Below, one piece after another: positions 47,135 to 60,569 of a stretch of DNA of 64,000 bases. The stretch is from Mobula hypostoma. Lineage: Eukaryota. The stretch spans positions 104,162,001 through 104,226,000 of the forward strand of contig NC_086097.1 of the NCBI RefSeq assembly GCF_963921235.1. Direction: 5' to 3'. The position numbers and the translations under genes are program-made. Below the pieces are notes generated by a model, which was not told the origin of the DNA, did not search any database, and worked only from the letters and a program-made list of their open reading frames with translations. Within the stretch, counting starts at the first letter, position 1. Each line of letters starts with the position of its first letter.

Positions 47135-50100
47135 AAGTTCAAAATAAAATTTATTATTAGAGTATACATGACACCACATACAACCCCAAGATTCATTTTC
47201 TGTGGGCATACTTAGCAAATCTATAGAATAGTAATTGTAATCTGTGAACATCAGGAATGGTTAACTGTAAACAAACTGTGCAAATGCCGGTATAAATAAA
47301 TAGCAATAAGTAACAAGCATGAAATAACAATACAACAGAGTCCTTAAATGAGTGTAGCTGTCCCCTTTTGTACAAGAGCCTGACGGCTGAAGGGTAGTAA
47401 CTGATCTTGAATCTGATGATAGTCCTAAGGCACCTGTACCTTCTACCTGATGGGAGCAACGAGAAAAGAGCATGGCCTGGGTGGTGAGAATCTTTAATAG
47501 ATGCTGTTTTTGTATGGGAATATTTCATGTAGATGTGCTGAATGGTTGGGAGGGTTTTACCCGTGATGTACTGAGCCGAATCCACTACCTTTTGTAGGAT
47601 TTTCCGCTCAAAGGCATTGGTGTTCCCATAAGAGACAGTAAACTTTCTACCTCACATCTATGGAAGTTTTCCAAGGCTTTTGATGACATGCTGAACCTCC
47701 GCAGACTCCTGAGAAAGGAGAGGCGCTGTTGTCTTTTCTCTGCAATTATATTTGTGTGATAGGTCCTCTGAGATAGTGACACCCAGGAATTTAAAGTTAC
47801 TGACCCTCTCCACCTCTGCTGCTCCTACGATTGCTGGCTCATGGACCTCTGGTTTCCCTCACCTGAAGTCTACAATCTTTTCCTTGGTCTTATTGACATT
47901 GAATGAGAGGTTGTTATTACACCACTCAGCCAAGTTTTCAATCTCCATCTTGTATGTTGGTTCATCACCTCCTTTGGTATAGCCCATAGCAGTGGTGTCG
48001 TCAGCAAACTTGTATATGGTGCTGGGGCTATACTTAGCCACCCAGTCATAGGTGTAAAGTGAGTAGAGTAGGGGGCTAAACACACATCCTGTGGTGCTCC
48101 CATCCTGATGGAGATTGTGGAGGAGATGTTTTTGCCAATCTGAAATGACCGGGGTCTACAAGTGAGGAAATCCGGGATCCAATTGCACAAGGAGGTGTTG
48201 AGGTCCAGGTCTTGGACTTTACTGGTTAGTCTTAAAGGAATTAATGGCGTTAAATGCCAAGTTATAATCAATCAAGAGCATCCTGATGTACGCATCTTTG
48301 CTCTCCAGATGTTCCAGAGTTGTGTGAAGAACCAACAAGATAGCATCTGCTGTTGACCTGTTGTTTTGGTAGACGAAATGGAGCGGATCCAAGTCACCAT
48401 TCAGACAGGAGTTGATATGCTTCAACACCAGCCTCTCAAAATACCATCACCATGGATCCATAAGAGCATAAGACATAGGAGCAGAATTAGGCCATTAAGC
48501 CCATCAAGTCTGCTCTGCCATTCCATCATGGCTGATCTCAGAACCCACTCAATCCCATGCACCTGCCTTCTCGCCATATCCTTTGATGTCCTGACTGATC
48601 AGGAAACTATGTACTTAAATATACCCACAGACTTGGCCTCCACTGCAGAGCATTCCACAGATTCACAACTCTCTGGCTAAAACAATTTCTTCTTATCTTT
48701 GTTCTAAAAGGTCGCCCCCTCAATTTCAAAGCTGTGCCTTCTAGTTCTGGATGTTCCTACCATAGGAAACATCCTCTCCACATCCACCATATCTAGTCCT
48801 TTTTCAACATTCGGTAGGTTTCAATGAGATCCCCCCGCATTCTTCTAAATTCCGGTGAGTACAGGCTCAAAGCTGCCAGAAGCTTCTCATATGTTAATCC
48901 CTTCATTCCTGGAATCCCCTCTTGTAAACCTTCTCTGAACTCTCTCCAATGACAACACATCCTTTCTGAGATATGGGGCCCAAAACTGTCGAGAATACTC
49001 CAAGTGCAGCCTGACTAGTGTCTTATAAAGCCTCAGCATTATCTCCTTGCTTTTATATTATATTCCCCTTGAAGTAAATGCCAATATTGCAATTGCCTTC
49101 TTTACCACAGGCTCAATCAGTAAATTAACCTTCTGAGAGTCTTGCACAAGGACTCCTAAGTCCTTTTGCACCTCTGATGTTTGAACCTTCTCCCCATTTA
49201 GATAAGAGTCCACACGTTTTTCCTTTTACCAAAATGCATTATCATACATTTCCCAACACTGTTTTCCATCTGCTGCTTTTTTGCCCATTCTTCCAATTTG
49301 TCCAAGTCCTGCTACAGTTGCGTTGTCTCCTCAGCACTACCAACCCCTCCACGTATCTTTGTATCCTCTGCAAACTTTGCCACAAAGCCATCAATTTCAT
49401 TGCCCAAATCATTGACAAACAATGTGAAATGTAGCAGTTCTAATATTCACCCCTGAGGAACACCACTAGTCATTGGCAGGCAGCTAGAAAAGGCCCCTTT
49501 TATTCCCACTCGCTGCCTCCTGCCTGTCAGCCATTCCTCTATCCATGCTAGTATCTTTTCTGTAATGCCGTAGGATTTTATCGTGTTAAGCAGCCTCATG
49601 TGTGGCACCTTATCAAATGCTTTGGAAAATGCAAGTAAATGACATCCTCTGTCTCTCCGTTGTCCACCCTTCTTCTTATTTCCTCGAAGAACTCTTAAGT
49701 GATATGTTAGGCCAGATTTCCTTTACAGAAACCCTGCTGACTTTGACTTATTTTATCATTAGTCTCCAAGTACTCCAAGTGGATGTAGGTGCCACTGGGT
49801 GATGGTCATTTAGACAGGTTACCATGTTCTTCTTGGGCCTGCTGGAAGCAGGTGGGTACACCAGCAAGTTGGTAGGCACAGGTCTTATGTACTCGGCCAG
49901 GTACTACATCTGGACTGGATACCTTCCTTGGATTCATCTTTTTGAAGGCAGCCCACATGTCCTCTCCAGGGGATCATCAGGGGACATGGGGGTGCACGAT
50001 GGTTCCTCCCGGTTCTGATAATCAAAGTGAGCATAGAAGGCATTGAGCTCATTTGGAAGCAAAGTTTTGCTGTCCCCTAAGTCGTAAGATTTAGCTTTGT

Positions 50101-51425
50101 AGGAGGTTTTGGCATTTAAACCCTGCCACGGCTGTCAAGCATCCCTCGTTGATTCTAGTCTAGTCTGGAATCTCCACTTTGCCCGAGAGATGGCTTTCCG
50201 GAGATTGTATGTGCACCTCGTAGCATCCTTGATCTGGCTGTCAGCAGATTCCGGATTTCATTGTTCATCAGGGCTTCTGATTGGGGAAAACCGTGAATGT
50301 TTCTGTGGGGACATAGTCATCCACAGCTGTTTCAATAAAGTCTGTAATGACCCTGGTATAGTCACTGAGGCACTCAGATGGGTTCTTGAACACGGCTTAG
50401 TCCACTGACTCAAGGCAATCCTGTAACCATTCCTCAGCCTCTCGCGTCCACCTCTTGGTTGTCTTGCTCTCTGGAGCCTTGTTCTTTAGGCTCTGTCTGT
50501 ATGGAGGTAGCAGGAGTACAGTCAAATTGTCCGACTTGCCAAAATGCAGTCTCAGGAAAGATTGATTGGCATTCCTTATTGTAGTGTAGCAATGGTCCAG
50601 TGTGTTGGGACCTCTAGTGGAACAGGTTACATGTTGGTGATAATTGGGTAGGGTTTTCTTCAAACAGGCCCGGTTAAAATCACCAATTATAATTTGAAAT
50701 GCATCAGGATGGGCTGTTTCTTGCCTGCAGACAACATTGTGCAGTTTTGTGAGTGCTTGCTTATAATTGGCCACTGGTGGTATATAATCTGTGGTCAGGA
50801 TTATAGATAAGAACTCCCGATGCGAATAGAATAGTCTACATTTAATCGTTAGGTGTTCTAAGTCAGGGGAACAAGAGGTCAACATAACCCCAAGGTCCAT
50901 TCTCCAATGAGAATTGACGAAAAAGCACATGCCGCCACCTTTTCTCCTTACCAGAATTCAAGGTTCGCTCCATTCTGAAAATCATAAAACCTTCTAATCG
51001 GATAGCTGTGTTCGCTGTTAACCAATTCTCAATGCAACAGACAATTGAGATCAGCCTCATCTGTCTCTGATACAGCAGCATGGCCCTGAGATCATCAACC
51101 TTATTTTGCAGTGACTGTACATTTGCTATCAGGATAGTAGGCAGAGGTGGCCCCATCCCTCTGTGCTTCAGCCTGGTTTCAATCCCACCTCTCCGACTGC
51201 ATTTTTGGCATTGGTGTTGACCTTCAAAGGTGCTACACTTAGCTGCTCCGCATTTAACTGTCAAACGTGAGATCTGAAGATCATTAATTTAATTTGGTAG
51301 TCCATTGTTAAGAGGAAATTTGCATGCTGTGAATTGCAGCAGAAGTCATTTGGGAGTATATTAAGAGGAAAACTGGTACAAATTCCTGTAGTGCACAGCC
51401 ACCAATGTACACTGGCGCCATCTAC
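47135..51425 (-). mobile_element. Near full-length degenerate Rex1/Babar LINE interrupted by a CR1
   Basis: LPTILIANVQSLQNKVDDL, IIGDFNRACL...TLDHCYT (endonuclease) and IYKFADDTT (RT); AGATGGCG at the 5' end. Confidence 0.85.
48455..49775 (-). mobile_element. Degenerate CR1 LINE 3' part
   Basis: CATAAGA-type tail and decayed RT, similar to 60570-63495. Confidence 0.8.
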
Positions 51426-54270
51426 CTTTTTATAAATTGAAGTAAATTTTACTTTGACTATTTAAAAGATATTTAGAGAGATGCATGGAGTCAACTGTGT
51501 CAAGCAGGCAAATAGCAAAGTTAGTCACCAGATTGGCATGGCCTAGTTGGGCCAAAGGATTTGTTTCTGTGCTATATAGCTCTTATGTCTCTATAAATAA
51601 TCTCTTCAAGCTTTTGTAGTGGTGGAATAAAAAAAGTCACCAAGCGTCAACTAAGTAAATAAAGGAAGGAAGATGCAGGATCAGGAGATGTGCTGTAGCT
51701 ACATGATGTGGGAGCTGGTGGACCCCACTGTGGTTCCTGGTGACCACATCTGCAGCAAGTGTTGGCTGCTTGAGGAACTCAAGCTGATAATCTGGAATCT
51801 GAGCTTCAGACACTGTGGCACATCAGGGAGGGGAAGTGTTACCTGGCACTCTGTTTCAGGAGGTAGGCGCATCCATTAGATTAGCTGCCTCAAATTCAGT
51901 GTGTGGTTAGGGACAAGAGGGTGTGACTGTGAGTGAGGCAGGTAGTGGGATCCAAGAGAATGCTGGAGTAACCTCAGCCCATGAACTTGTCCAGCAGGTC
52001 TGAGATTCTTACTCCCTGTGTGGGGCTATAGGAAGGATGAGCAACTTCACTGTGGCACCATGGTTCAGAGAGCCATTCAAGAGGGGAGGGAGAGAAGAGA
52101 AATGTAGTGGTAATTGGGGATAGTGTAGTCCGGGGAATAGACAGAATTCCCTGTCGCGAGGATAGAGTGTCCCAAAAGTGGTGTTGCCTGCCTGGTGCCT
52201 GGGTTCAGGACATTTTATCTGACCTGGAGAGGAATTTACAGTGGGAGGGGAAAGATCCAGTTGTCGTGGGTATCAACAACATAGGTAGAACGAGGAAAGA
52301 GATTCTGCTGAGGGATTTTGAGTAGCCAGGGACTAAGTTTAAAAAAGCAGAACCAAAAAGGTAGAAATCTCTGGATTACTACCTGAGCCACCTGCAAATT
52401 GGCACAGGGTTAAGAGGATTAGAGAGTTAAATGTGTGGCTCAAGGATTGGTGTGGGAGAAGTGGGTATGAATTCATGGGAAACTGGTACCAGTACTGGGG
52501 AAGGAGGGAGCTGTTCCACTGGGATGGGCTCCACCTGAACGATGATGGGACTTGGATCTTGGCAAATTGCATAACTAGGGTTGTGGATAGGATCTTAAAC
52601 AAAATAGCAGGGGGGTAGGTTCAACAGTTTGGAGAAGAATGGATAAATTGAAAGAGAAAAGTGTAGATAAAGATAAAGTAAAAGCAAAAGTTTAAAAAAT
52701 AGACAAGTAAGGGTTGAGTGCAGAAAAGTCAAGTGCATAAAAGACAAAGATTACTAGATTTTAAAGGGCACTTTATCTGAATGCCTATAGTATTTGTTAA
52801 CAAGGTCAGTGTACTTGTGGCACAAATCAAGATAAAGGGATATGATTTAGTGGTCGTTACAAAAATGTGGTTGCAGGGTGGAAAGGATTGGGAATTAAAT
52901 ATTCAAAGATATCAGGTAATGCGGAAGGGTAGGTAAGAAGGTAAGGGAGGTGGGTAGCACTCAATTAAGGATGAGATCAGGGTGATAGTGAGAGACGATA
53001 TAAGATCTAAGGAGCAGAATGTTGAATCCATCTGAGTAGACATTAGGGATACTAATGGAGGGAAAAATTACTGGTTGGAGTTGTTTGTCGGCCACAAATA
53101 ATAACATTACAGTGGCACAGACAATAAACCGAAAAATGTCTGAAGCATGTACAAGTGGAACAGCAGTTATCGTGGCAGACTTTAACTTGCACATAGGTTG
53201 GGTGAACCAGGTTGGTTGAGGCAGTCTTGAGGAATTCATAGAATGCATTCATGATAGCTTTCTTGAACAGCATGTTATTGAACCGACAAGAGAACATGCT
53301 GTCTTGGATCTGGTCCTGTGCAATGAGACAGATAAAATTAACAATCTTGTAGTTAGGGATCCTCTTGGAAAGAGTGATCACAGTATGATTTAGTTTCTCA
53401 TACAAATTGAGTGTGCAATAGTTCAGTCTAAACTAGTGTATTGTGCCTAAACAATGGACACTGCAGTGGGATGGGGGAGGAGATGGATAGGGTAAACTGG
53501 GAACACAGGCTATATGGTGGGACAGTTGAGGGACATTGGAAGACTTTCAAAGAGATTTTTCATGGTGCTCAAAAAAAATATATTCCAGTTGAAAGTAAGG
53601 ACAATAAGGGTGGGGAGAGCCAGCCGTGGATAACTAAGAAAATAAAAGAAGGCATCAAACTAAAAATTTGTGCATATAAAGTTGCCAAGAATAGTGGGAA
53701 ATTGGAAGATTGGGAAAATTTTAAAAAGCAACGAAGAACCATTAAGTAAGCAATAAAGAAAGGGAAGCTAGATTATGAAAATAAACTAGCGCAATATAGA
53801 AAAACGGATAGGATGTTTTTATAGTTATATAAAGTAGAAAAGGGCAGCCAAAGTGAACATGGGTCCCTTGGAGGACGAGAAGGGGGAATTGGTATTGGGT
53901 AATGAAGCCTTGAACGACTGTTTTGTGTTGGTTGTCACGTTGAAGAGAGATGTTATGGATGCAATGGCAGGTGAGGACCTCCAATACAGTAGCTATCACT
54001 AAAGAGAAAGTGCTGAGCTAACTTGTGGGCCTAAAGACAGACAAGTCTCCTGGTCCTGATGGAATGCATCCCAGGGTACTAAAAGAAATGACGGAAATTA
54101 TATCTGAGGCTTTGGTGATAATTTACCAAAATTCTCTGGACTCTGTGCAAGTCCCGGTAGATTGAAAGATGTCGAATGTCATGCCACTGTTCAAAAAAGG
54201 ATGTAGACAAAAGGCAGTTAACTATAAGCCAGTTAGTTTAACATCTGTAGTTGGGAAAATGCTTAAAGCT

Positions 54271-56522
54271 ATCCAAAGGTAGAGTGTTCCAATGAAACGG
54301 TTCGTAAGCCGAAATGTCGTCAAGTGAAGAAGCAATTACCATTTATTAATATGGGAAAAATTTTTGAGCGTTTCCAGACCCAAAAAATAACCTACCAAAT
54401 CATGCCAAATAACACTTAAAACCTAAAATAACAGTAACATATAGTAAAAGCAGGAATGATATGATAAATACACAGCCTATATGAAGTAATCATTGAAGCA
54501 CTGTCTAGCGCAGCAAAAATCTCACGCATGCGCTCTCGGCAGAAGCACTCTCTCCACTAACCTTTAAGGTATGAGGCTGCCAAATCATACCAAATAACAA
54601 ATCATACTAAATAACACAAAAATACACAACCTATATAAAGTAGAAATAATGTATGTACAGTGTAGTTTCACTTATGGGAATCGGGACGGTGTGTTAGGCT
54701 GAGTCGCTGGAAATTGGGGTGGTGGGAGATAGAGGAGACTGGGGTGTCATCTCATCATAGTCTATTTTCAATAGGGCAGCCAGGTCATCATCTTCTATGT
54801 CTCACTGCCTTGATGTCGAAGGTCGAGGTTGGTCATCTGCTGTGGCTGATGTGCAAGGCTTGAAAAATGACAGTATACTTGACTGCTGAGCCTCGCGCAT
54901 TTTTCTGTCATACAGTTCTTTGTAAGCACTCAAAACATCCTGCAAACCTGCCTTAAACCTACGTGCCCTTTCAAAATTAAAAGTCATACTTTTCTGCAAT
55001 CATTGCAGCGCTGTCAATCGCAGCGAAAATCTCATGCTACTGCTTCACGTTCAGTCCCTGGATGACTTCATTTTCGCTACTGTGTTTGGTTTCAATTGTT
55101 ATCCTTTCCTCTTGCAATTGCATCAGCTCTTCATCTGTCAATTTCTGGTCATGGGATGCCAAAACCTCTTCAACATCATTTTCATCAACTTCCACAAACC
55201 CAGCCTCCTTAGCCAAGCTCACTATTGTCGTATTTATTGTTGATGGTTCGAAGCCTTTAAAATCGTTCACTGCTTTGGGACATAGTTTCCTCCAAACGCC
55301 ATTTCTCATCGAGACAGTTAGCCTATCAAGAGCATCTCCAGTGTTGGCGATTGCCAGTTTTATATTGTAGTCTTTCCAGATCTCTTGCAAAGATGCTTCG
55401 GAGTTGCCCTCTCTGTCAATAGCACTTACAATAAAATGCATCACATTTTGTGTGTAGTAAGCCTTAATTGTGGCTATTAGGCCTTGGTCACACGGCTGCA
55501 GCAACGATGTCGTATTCGGTGGTAAGAACGCAACACAAATGTTACTGCCATACTCGGTAATGGCAGGCGGATGAGCAGCACAATTATCGACAATCACAAG
55601 ACACCTGTTATCAAGGTTATTTTCTCTATAATATTTTTCAACAAAAGGACTAACGTATCTGCTCATGTACTCAGAAAAAAGCACTTGGGTGTTCCAACTG
55701 CTTGGATGTGAACGAAACACAACGGGAAGTGTTTTCTTATCAACGCCTTTAAGTGCCCACGGATTTTCTGAATGGTACACTAGTAGAGGCTTAAGGACAG
55801 CGTCACCAGTGGCGTTAATAATAGGCGTCGCCTCTGATCTGGGCTGACATTTACGTGCTGGGTGGCACCTAACTAATTAGCTTGTTTGTTTTGGCTTTTT
55901 TCTTAAAGATGTGCTGGGTGCATCCCGGCTGCCGCTGTACCTCTGCATGCTTCACGGATCGGTATCGGGTCACTGCCTGGAGGGTGGGGGCCACTGCACC
56001 ACCCAAACCTCCAATGACTCAGCCTAACACACCATCATCAGTGTGCTCAATGTCTTCCCAATTCCTGTAAGTGATACTACACTGTACATACATTATTTCT
56101 ACTTTATATAGGCTGTGTATTTTTAGGTGGTATTTGGTATGATTTGGCAGCTTCATAGCTTAAAGGTTACTGGAGAGCGCTTGCGCCGTGTTTTTGCCGA
56201 AAGTGCTTGCGCTGTGTTTCTGCCGAGAGCGCTTGCGTGAGATTTTCGCTATGGAGAACAGTGCGGGCAATGATTGTAGATAAGTATTTCTACTTTAAAT
56301 AGGCTGTGTATGTATCATATCATTCCTGCTTTTACTATATGTTACTGTTATTTTAGGTTTTATGTGTTACTTGGCACGATTTGGTAGGTTATTTTTGGAT
56401 CTGCGAACGCTCACAAATTTTTTCCATAAAAATAAATGGTAATTGCTTCTTCGCTTTACGACCTTCCGGCTTACGAACCATTTCATAGGAACGCTCTACC
56501 TTCAGATGGCGAGGGAAACCTG
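54271..56522 (-). mobile_element. Tigger/pogo derivative with long inverted ends
   Basis: Right end GGGAAACCTG|TA. The left end is the inverted copy of the same terminus lacking its first ~15 bp. Confidence 0.88.
55037..55810 (-). pseudogene. Tigger transposase DDE domain fragment (no DNA-binding N-terminus)
   Basis: KPLLVYHSENP.ALKG, LVIVDNCAAHP, FLPPNTTSLLQPCDQGLIATIKAYY. Confidence 0.9.
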
Positions 56523-57536
56523 TACAACAGTACAGTCAGTATAGCTCAGAAATACCATTGTGTCAGCGTGAATTAATCAGTCTGATGGAAGAAGCTATCC
56601 CGGAGCCTGTTGGTCCTGGCTGTAAAGCTGCGGTACGATTTTCCAGATGCTAGCAGCTGGAACAGTTTGTGGTTGGGGTGACTTGGGTCCCCGATCATCC
56701 TTGGGACCCTTTTTACGCACCTGTCATTGTAAATGTCCTGACTAGTGGGAAGTTCACAGCCACAGATGTGCTTGGCTGTCCGCACCACTCTCTGCAGAGT
56801 CCTGCAATTGAGGGAAGTATAGTTCCCATACTAGGCAGTGATATAGCCAGTCAGAATGCTCTCAATTGTGCCCCCTGTAGAAAGACCTTAGGATTTGGGG
56901 GACCATACCAAACCTCTTCAGTCGTCTGACGTGAAAGAGGCACTGTTGTGATTTGAAATAAATTGTATGTACAGTAAGATATACAACAGTACAGTCAATA
57001 TAGCTTAGAAATACCATTGTGTCAGCGTGAATTAATCAGTCTGATGAAAGAAGCTATGTACAGACCATGTGAGGTCCTTGGTGATGTGTATACTGAGGAA
57101 CTTAAAGCTGTTCACCCTCTCAATTCCAGATCCATAAGATGTCAATAGGGCTGAGCCTGTCTCCGTCTCTCCTGAAGTCCATAACCAGCTCCTTTGTTTT
57201 TGCGACATTGAGGGAAAGGTTGCTTTCTTGACACCACTGTTACAGGGTGATGACTTCTTCTCTGTAGGCTGCCTCATTATTATTTGAGATAAGGCCAATT
57301 AATGTAGTATTGTCTGCAAATTTGGAGCTGTGGGTGGTGACACAGCCATGGTATACAGAGAGTAAAGGAGGGGGCTTAGGATACAGTCCTGGGGTGCTCC
57401 TATGTTGAGGGGCAGAGGTGAAGAAGCCTACTCTTGCCACCTGCCGTCGATCTGACAGGAAGTCCAAGATCCAACTGCACAAGGCAGGGTGAAGGCTGAG
57501 GTCTCTGAGCTTCTTGTCAAGCCTGGAGGGAATTAT
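56523..57536 (-). mobile_element. Rex1-type LINE 3' part with an internal duplication
   Basis: LCSWILDFLSDRRQ, KFADNTTLIGLI and SFKFLSIHITKDLTW remnants. Confidence 0.82.
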
Positions 57537-58744
57537 GAGGAACAGGTGGATGTTATTTACTTGGATTTCCAGAAGATGTTCGATAAGGTGCCACATAAAA
57601 GACTTACCATAAGATAAAGATACATAGAATTGGAGGTGATGTATTAGCATGGATAGAGGATTGGTTAACTAATAGAAAGCAGAGAGTTGGGATACATGGG
57701 TGTTTCTCTGGTTGGCAATCAGTGGTGAGTGGTGTGCCGCAGGGGTCGGTGCTGGGCCCGCAACTGTTCACGATATACATTAACGATCTAGAAGAGAGGA
57801 CCGAGTGTAGTGTATCTAATTTTGCTGATGACACTAAATTGAGTGGAAAAGCAAATTGTGCAAAGGATATGGAGAGCCTGCAGAGAGATATAGATAAGGT
57901 AAGTGAGTGGGCAAGGGTCTGGCAGATGGAGTACAATGTTGGTAAATGCAAGTCATCCACTTTGGAAGGAAAAATGGAAGAGTGGATTATTATTTCAATG
58001 GTAAAACTGCAGCATGCTTCTGTGCAGAAGGACTTGGGAGTGCTTGTGCATGAATTGCAAAAGGTTGGTTTGCAGGTGCAGCAGGCTATCAAGAAGGCAA
58101 ATGAGATGTTGACTTTCATTGCTAGGGGAATTGAATTTAAGAGTAGGGAGGTATTGCTGCAACTTTATAGGGTACTGGTGAGGCTGCATCTGGAGTACTG
58201 AATGCGGTTCAGATCTTTTTATTTGAGGAAGGATACACTGGCTTTGGAGGCGTGCAGAGGAGGTTCACCAGGTTGATTTCAGAGATGAGGGGATAAGATT
58301 ATGAGGAGGGATTGAGTCACCTGGGACTACTTGCTGGAATTCAGAAGGATGAGAGGAGATCTTACAGAAACATATATTTTGAAAGGGATAAGATAGAGGC
58401 AGAAAAGTTGTTTCCTCTGGTAGGTGAGACTAGAACTAAGGGACATAGCCTCAAGATTCAGGGGAGTAAAGTTAGGATGGAGATGAGGAGGAACTGCTTT
58501 TCCCAAAGAGTGGTGAATCTGTGGAATTCTCTGCCCAGTGAAGCAGTGGAAGCTACCTCAGTAAATATATTTAAGACAAGGTTGGATAGATTTTTGAATA
58601 GTAGGGGAATTGAGGATTATGTGGAAAAGGCAGGTGAGTGGAGATGAGTCCATGGTCAGTCATGATCTTATTCAATGCCGAATCAGACTCAGTTAGCCGG
58701 ATGGCCTACTCCTGCTCCTATTAATTATGTTCTTATGTTCTTCA

Positions 58745-59255
58745 GTTGGTTCCCTTACCTTAGAAAGAATGTGCTGAAACTGGAGAGGGTTCAAAGGAAG
58801 TTCACCATGATTCCAGGAATTAATGGCTTGTCATTGAAGAGCATTTGATGGCACTGGAATTCAGAAGAATGAGGAGTGACCACATTGAAACCTATCGAAT
58901 GGTGAAAGGCCTTGATAGAGTGGATGTGAAGAGAATGTTTTCTGTGGTGGGAGAGTCTAAGACCAGAGGACACACCCTTAGAATAGAGGGGCATCTTTTT
59001 AAAACAAATGCGGAATTTCTTTAGCCAAAAAGTGATGAATCTGTGGAATTCTTTGCCACAGGCATCTGTGGAGGCAAAATATTTATGTATATTTAAGGTA
59101 GAGATTGATAAATTCTTGACTGGCCAGGGCATGAAGGGATATGGAGAGAAGGCAGGAGATTGGGGCTGAGATGAATATTGGATCAGTCATGATAAAATGG
59201 CAGAGCAGACATGATGGGCCAAATGGCCTAATTTTGCTCCTATACTTGTGGTCTA
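58745..59255 (+). mobile_element. CR1 3' end
   Basis: Decayed LERVQRKFT...NLWNSLPQ segment plus CR1 3' UTR. Confidence 0.78.
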
Positions 59256-60569
59256 AAGTGCTTTCATGAAGCAGGTTCTTAAAGGAGTTGATCATTTCTA
59301 GTATCCTTTGTATTGTCCAAGCACTTGTACTCATTCCAACAGATAAAATTTACAAGATGCTTTCCATTGAGTTTTGAAAGGATATAAATGCTCCCTGAAC
59401 AGCGAAACGCTTCTTGCAATAGACACAATGGATTTTCTGTCTTGGCTTCCTTCCAAGATCCACAATCTGACTCTGGAGGTACACGCTTCTGAAATTCTAA
59501 CATCATCAGCATTTCTTTAAGATCACACAAATATGACCTGTCTACCAAATGGAGGGCTGCATACATCCTCATAAAACTCCTTTGAACCCGTCAAAACTGC
59601 TATGTCCTTCCTGTAATGCAGCAACTAGAAACACTTTATACTGGTTGCCACATTATGATGTCATAGGATCTCTTACATCCCTGATGGAGTAAATGAAGCT
59701 TCATTTGATAGCTTATCCAAAAGAAAGACCCACCTACATTGCATTGCTCCACTTTGAGTGGAGTGGAATTGAAACCCATAAACAACTAACAGTGAGGAAG
59801 TGTGCTGTCAACTATATACTCAGTCCTTCCTTAAACAATATTTTTGCTATCATGGGGCAACTTAGTTATCTATTCTTTGGCACAGATGTTTTTTTTGTGG
59901 TGACATGTAAGAAGCCCTTTTTTAAGATAGCTATTTTAAAATATCCTGTTGACCTTTGATCTTTGCTTTGTGTTGTAGCCCCAAGTGAATTGGCACCACC
60001 TGTGGTCTGTGGTAGTGGTGAGAGGTTTTATGGCATGAGCATCTGAAATATATCAGCAGCAATTAGTTTAAGATGAAGATGATGTTTTTATACATTTATT
60101 CTTTGCGGCAATCTAGAAGAAAATAATGACTAGACTATACAATGCTGTTAACAGTTTGGGGGCAGTTGGTGGAAAATATTATTGTATTAAATCAGTCATT
60201 TTGTAATGCATTCATTTAGGTGGATGGTGTGTTTTCAAGTTGTGATTATAACTCTGAATGCAGTGTTTCCATGACAACATGCTCAAAATACAACAAATGG
60301 AAAACATCAATTGGCTGCTCACTGCTCTCTAGAATCAAGTCACGGTGGTCCAGTGCTTCAAGCTCATCTTGTGCTCAATCTTCATGTCTCTTGTGACCAA
60401 AAACTTTCTTGAATTCACTTGGCAACTGACCCTCAACAGCACAGAGAAATCAAAATTATGCAGTTTTCTAGGCAAAGAATTTTTTTTCTGAACTCTGTTT
60501 TAGATTGGAACCCTAACCAGAGAAACATCGACTTTTCAAGTCTCTTTAAAAATTTAAGTTTTAAAGAGC

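Larger units (their letters stand above)
51600..58740 (+). mobile_element. Near full-length degenerate CR1 interrupted by Tigger and Rex1 sequence
   Basis: ORF1 CCSYMMWE...HICSKC and VIGDSVVRGIDR; RT GVPQGSVLGPQLF...NFADDTKL; (TTATGTTC)n tail. Confidence 0.85.

Noticed and set aside
59279..59572. 97-aa minus-strand ORF in unique sequence
   Set aside because: No recognisable homology or convincing splice structure; the length is compatible with chance.
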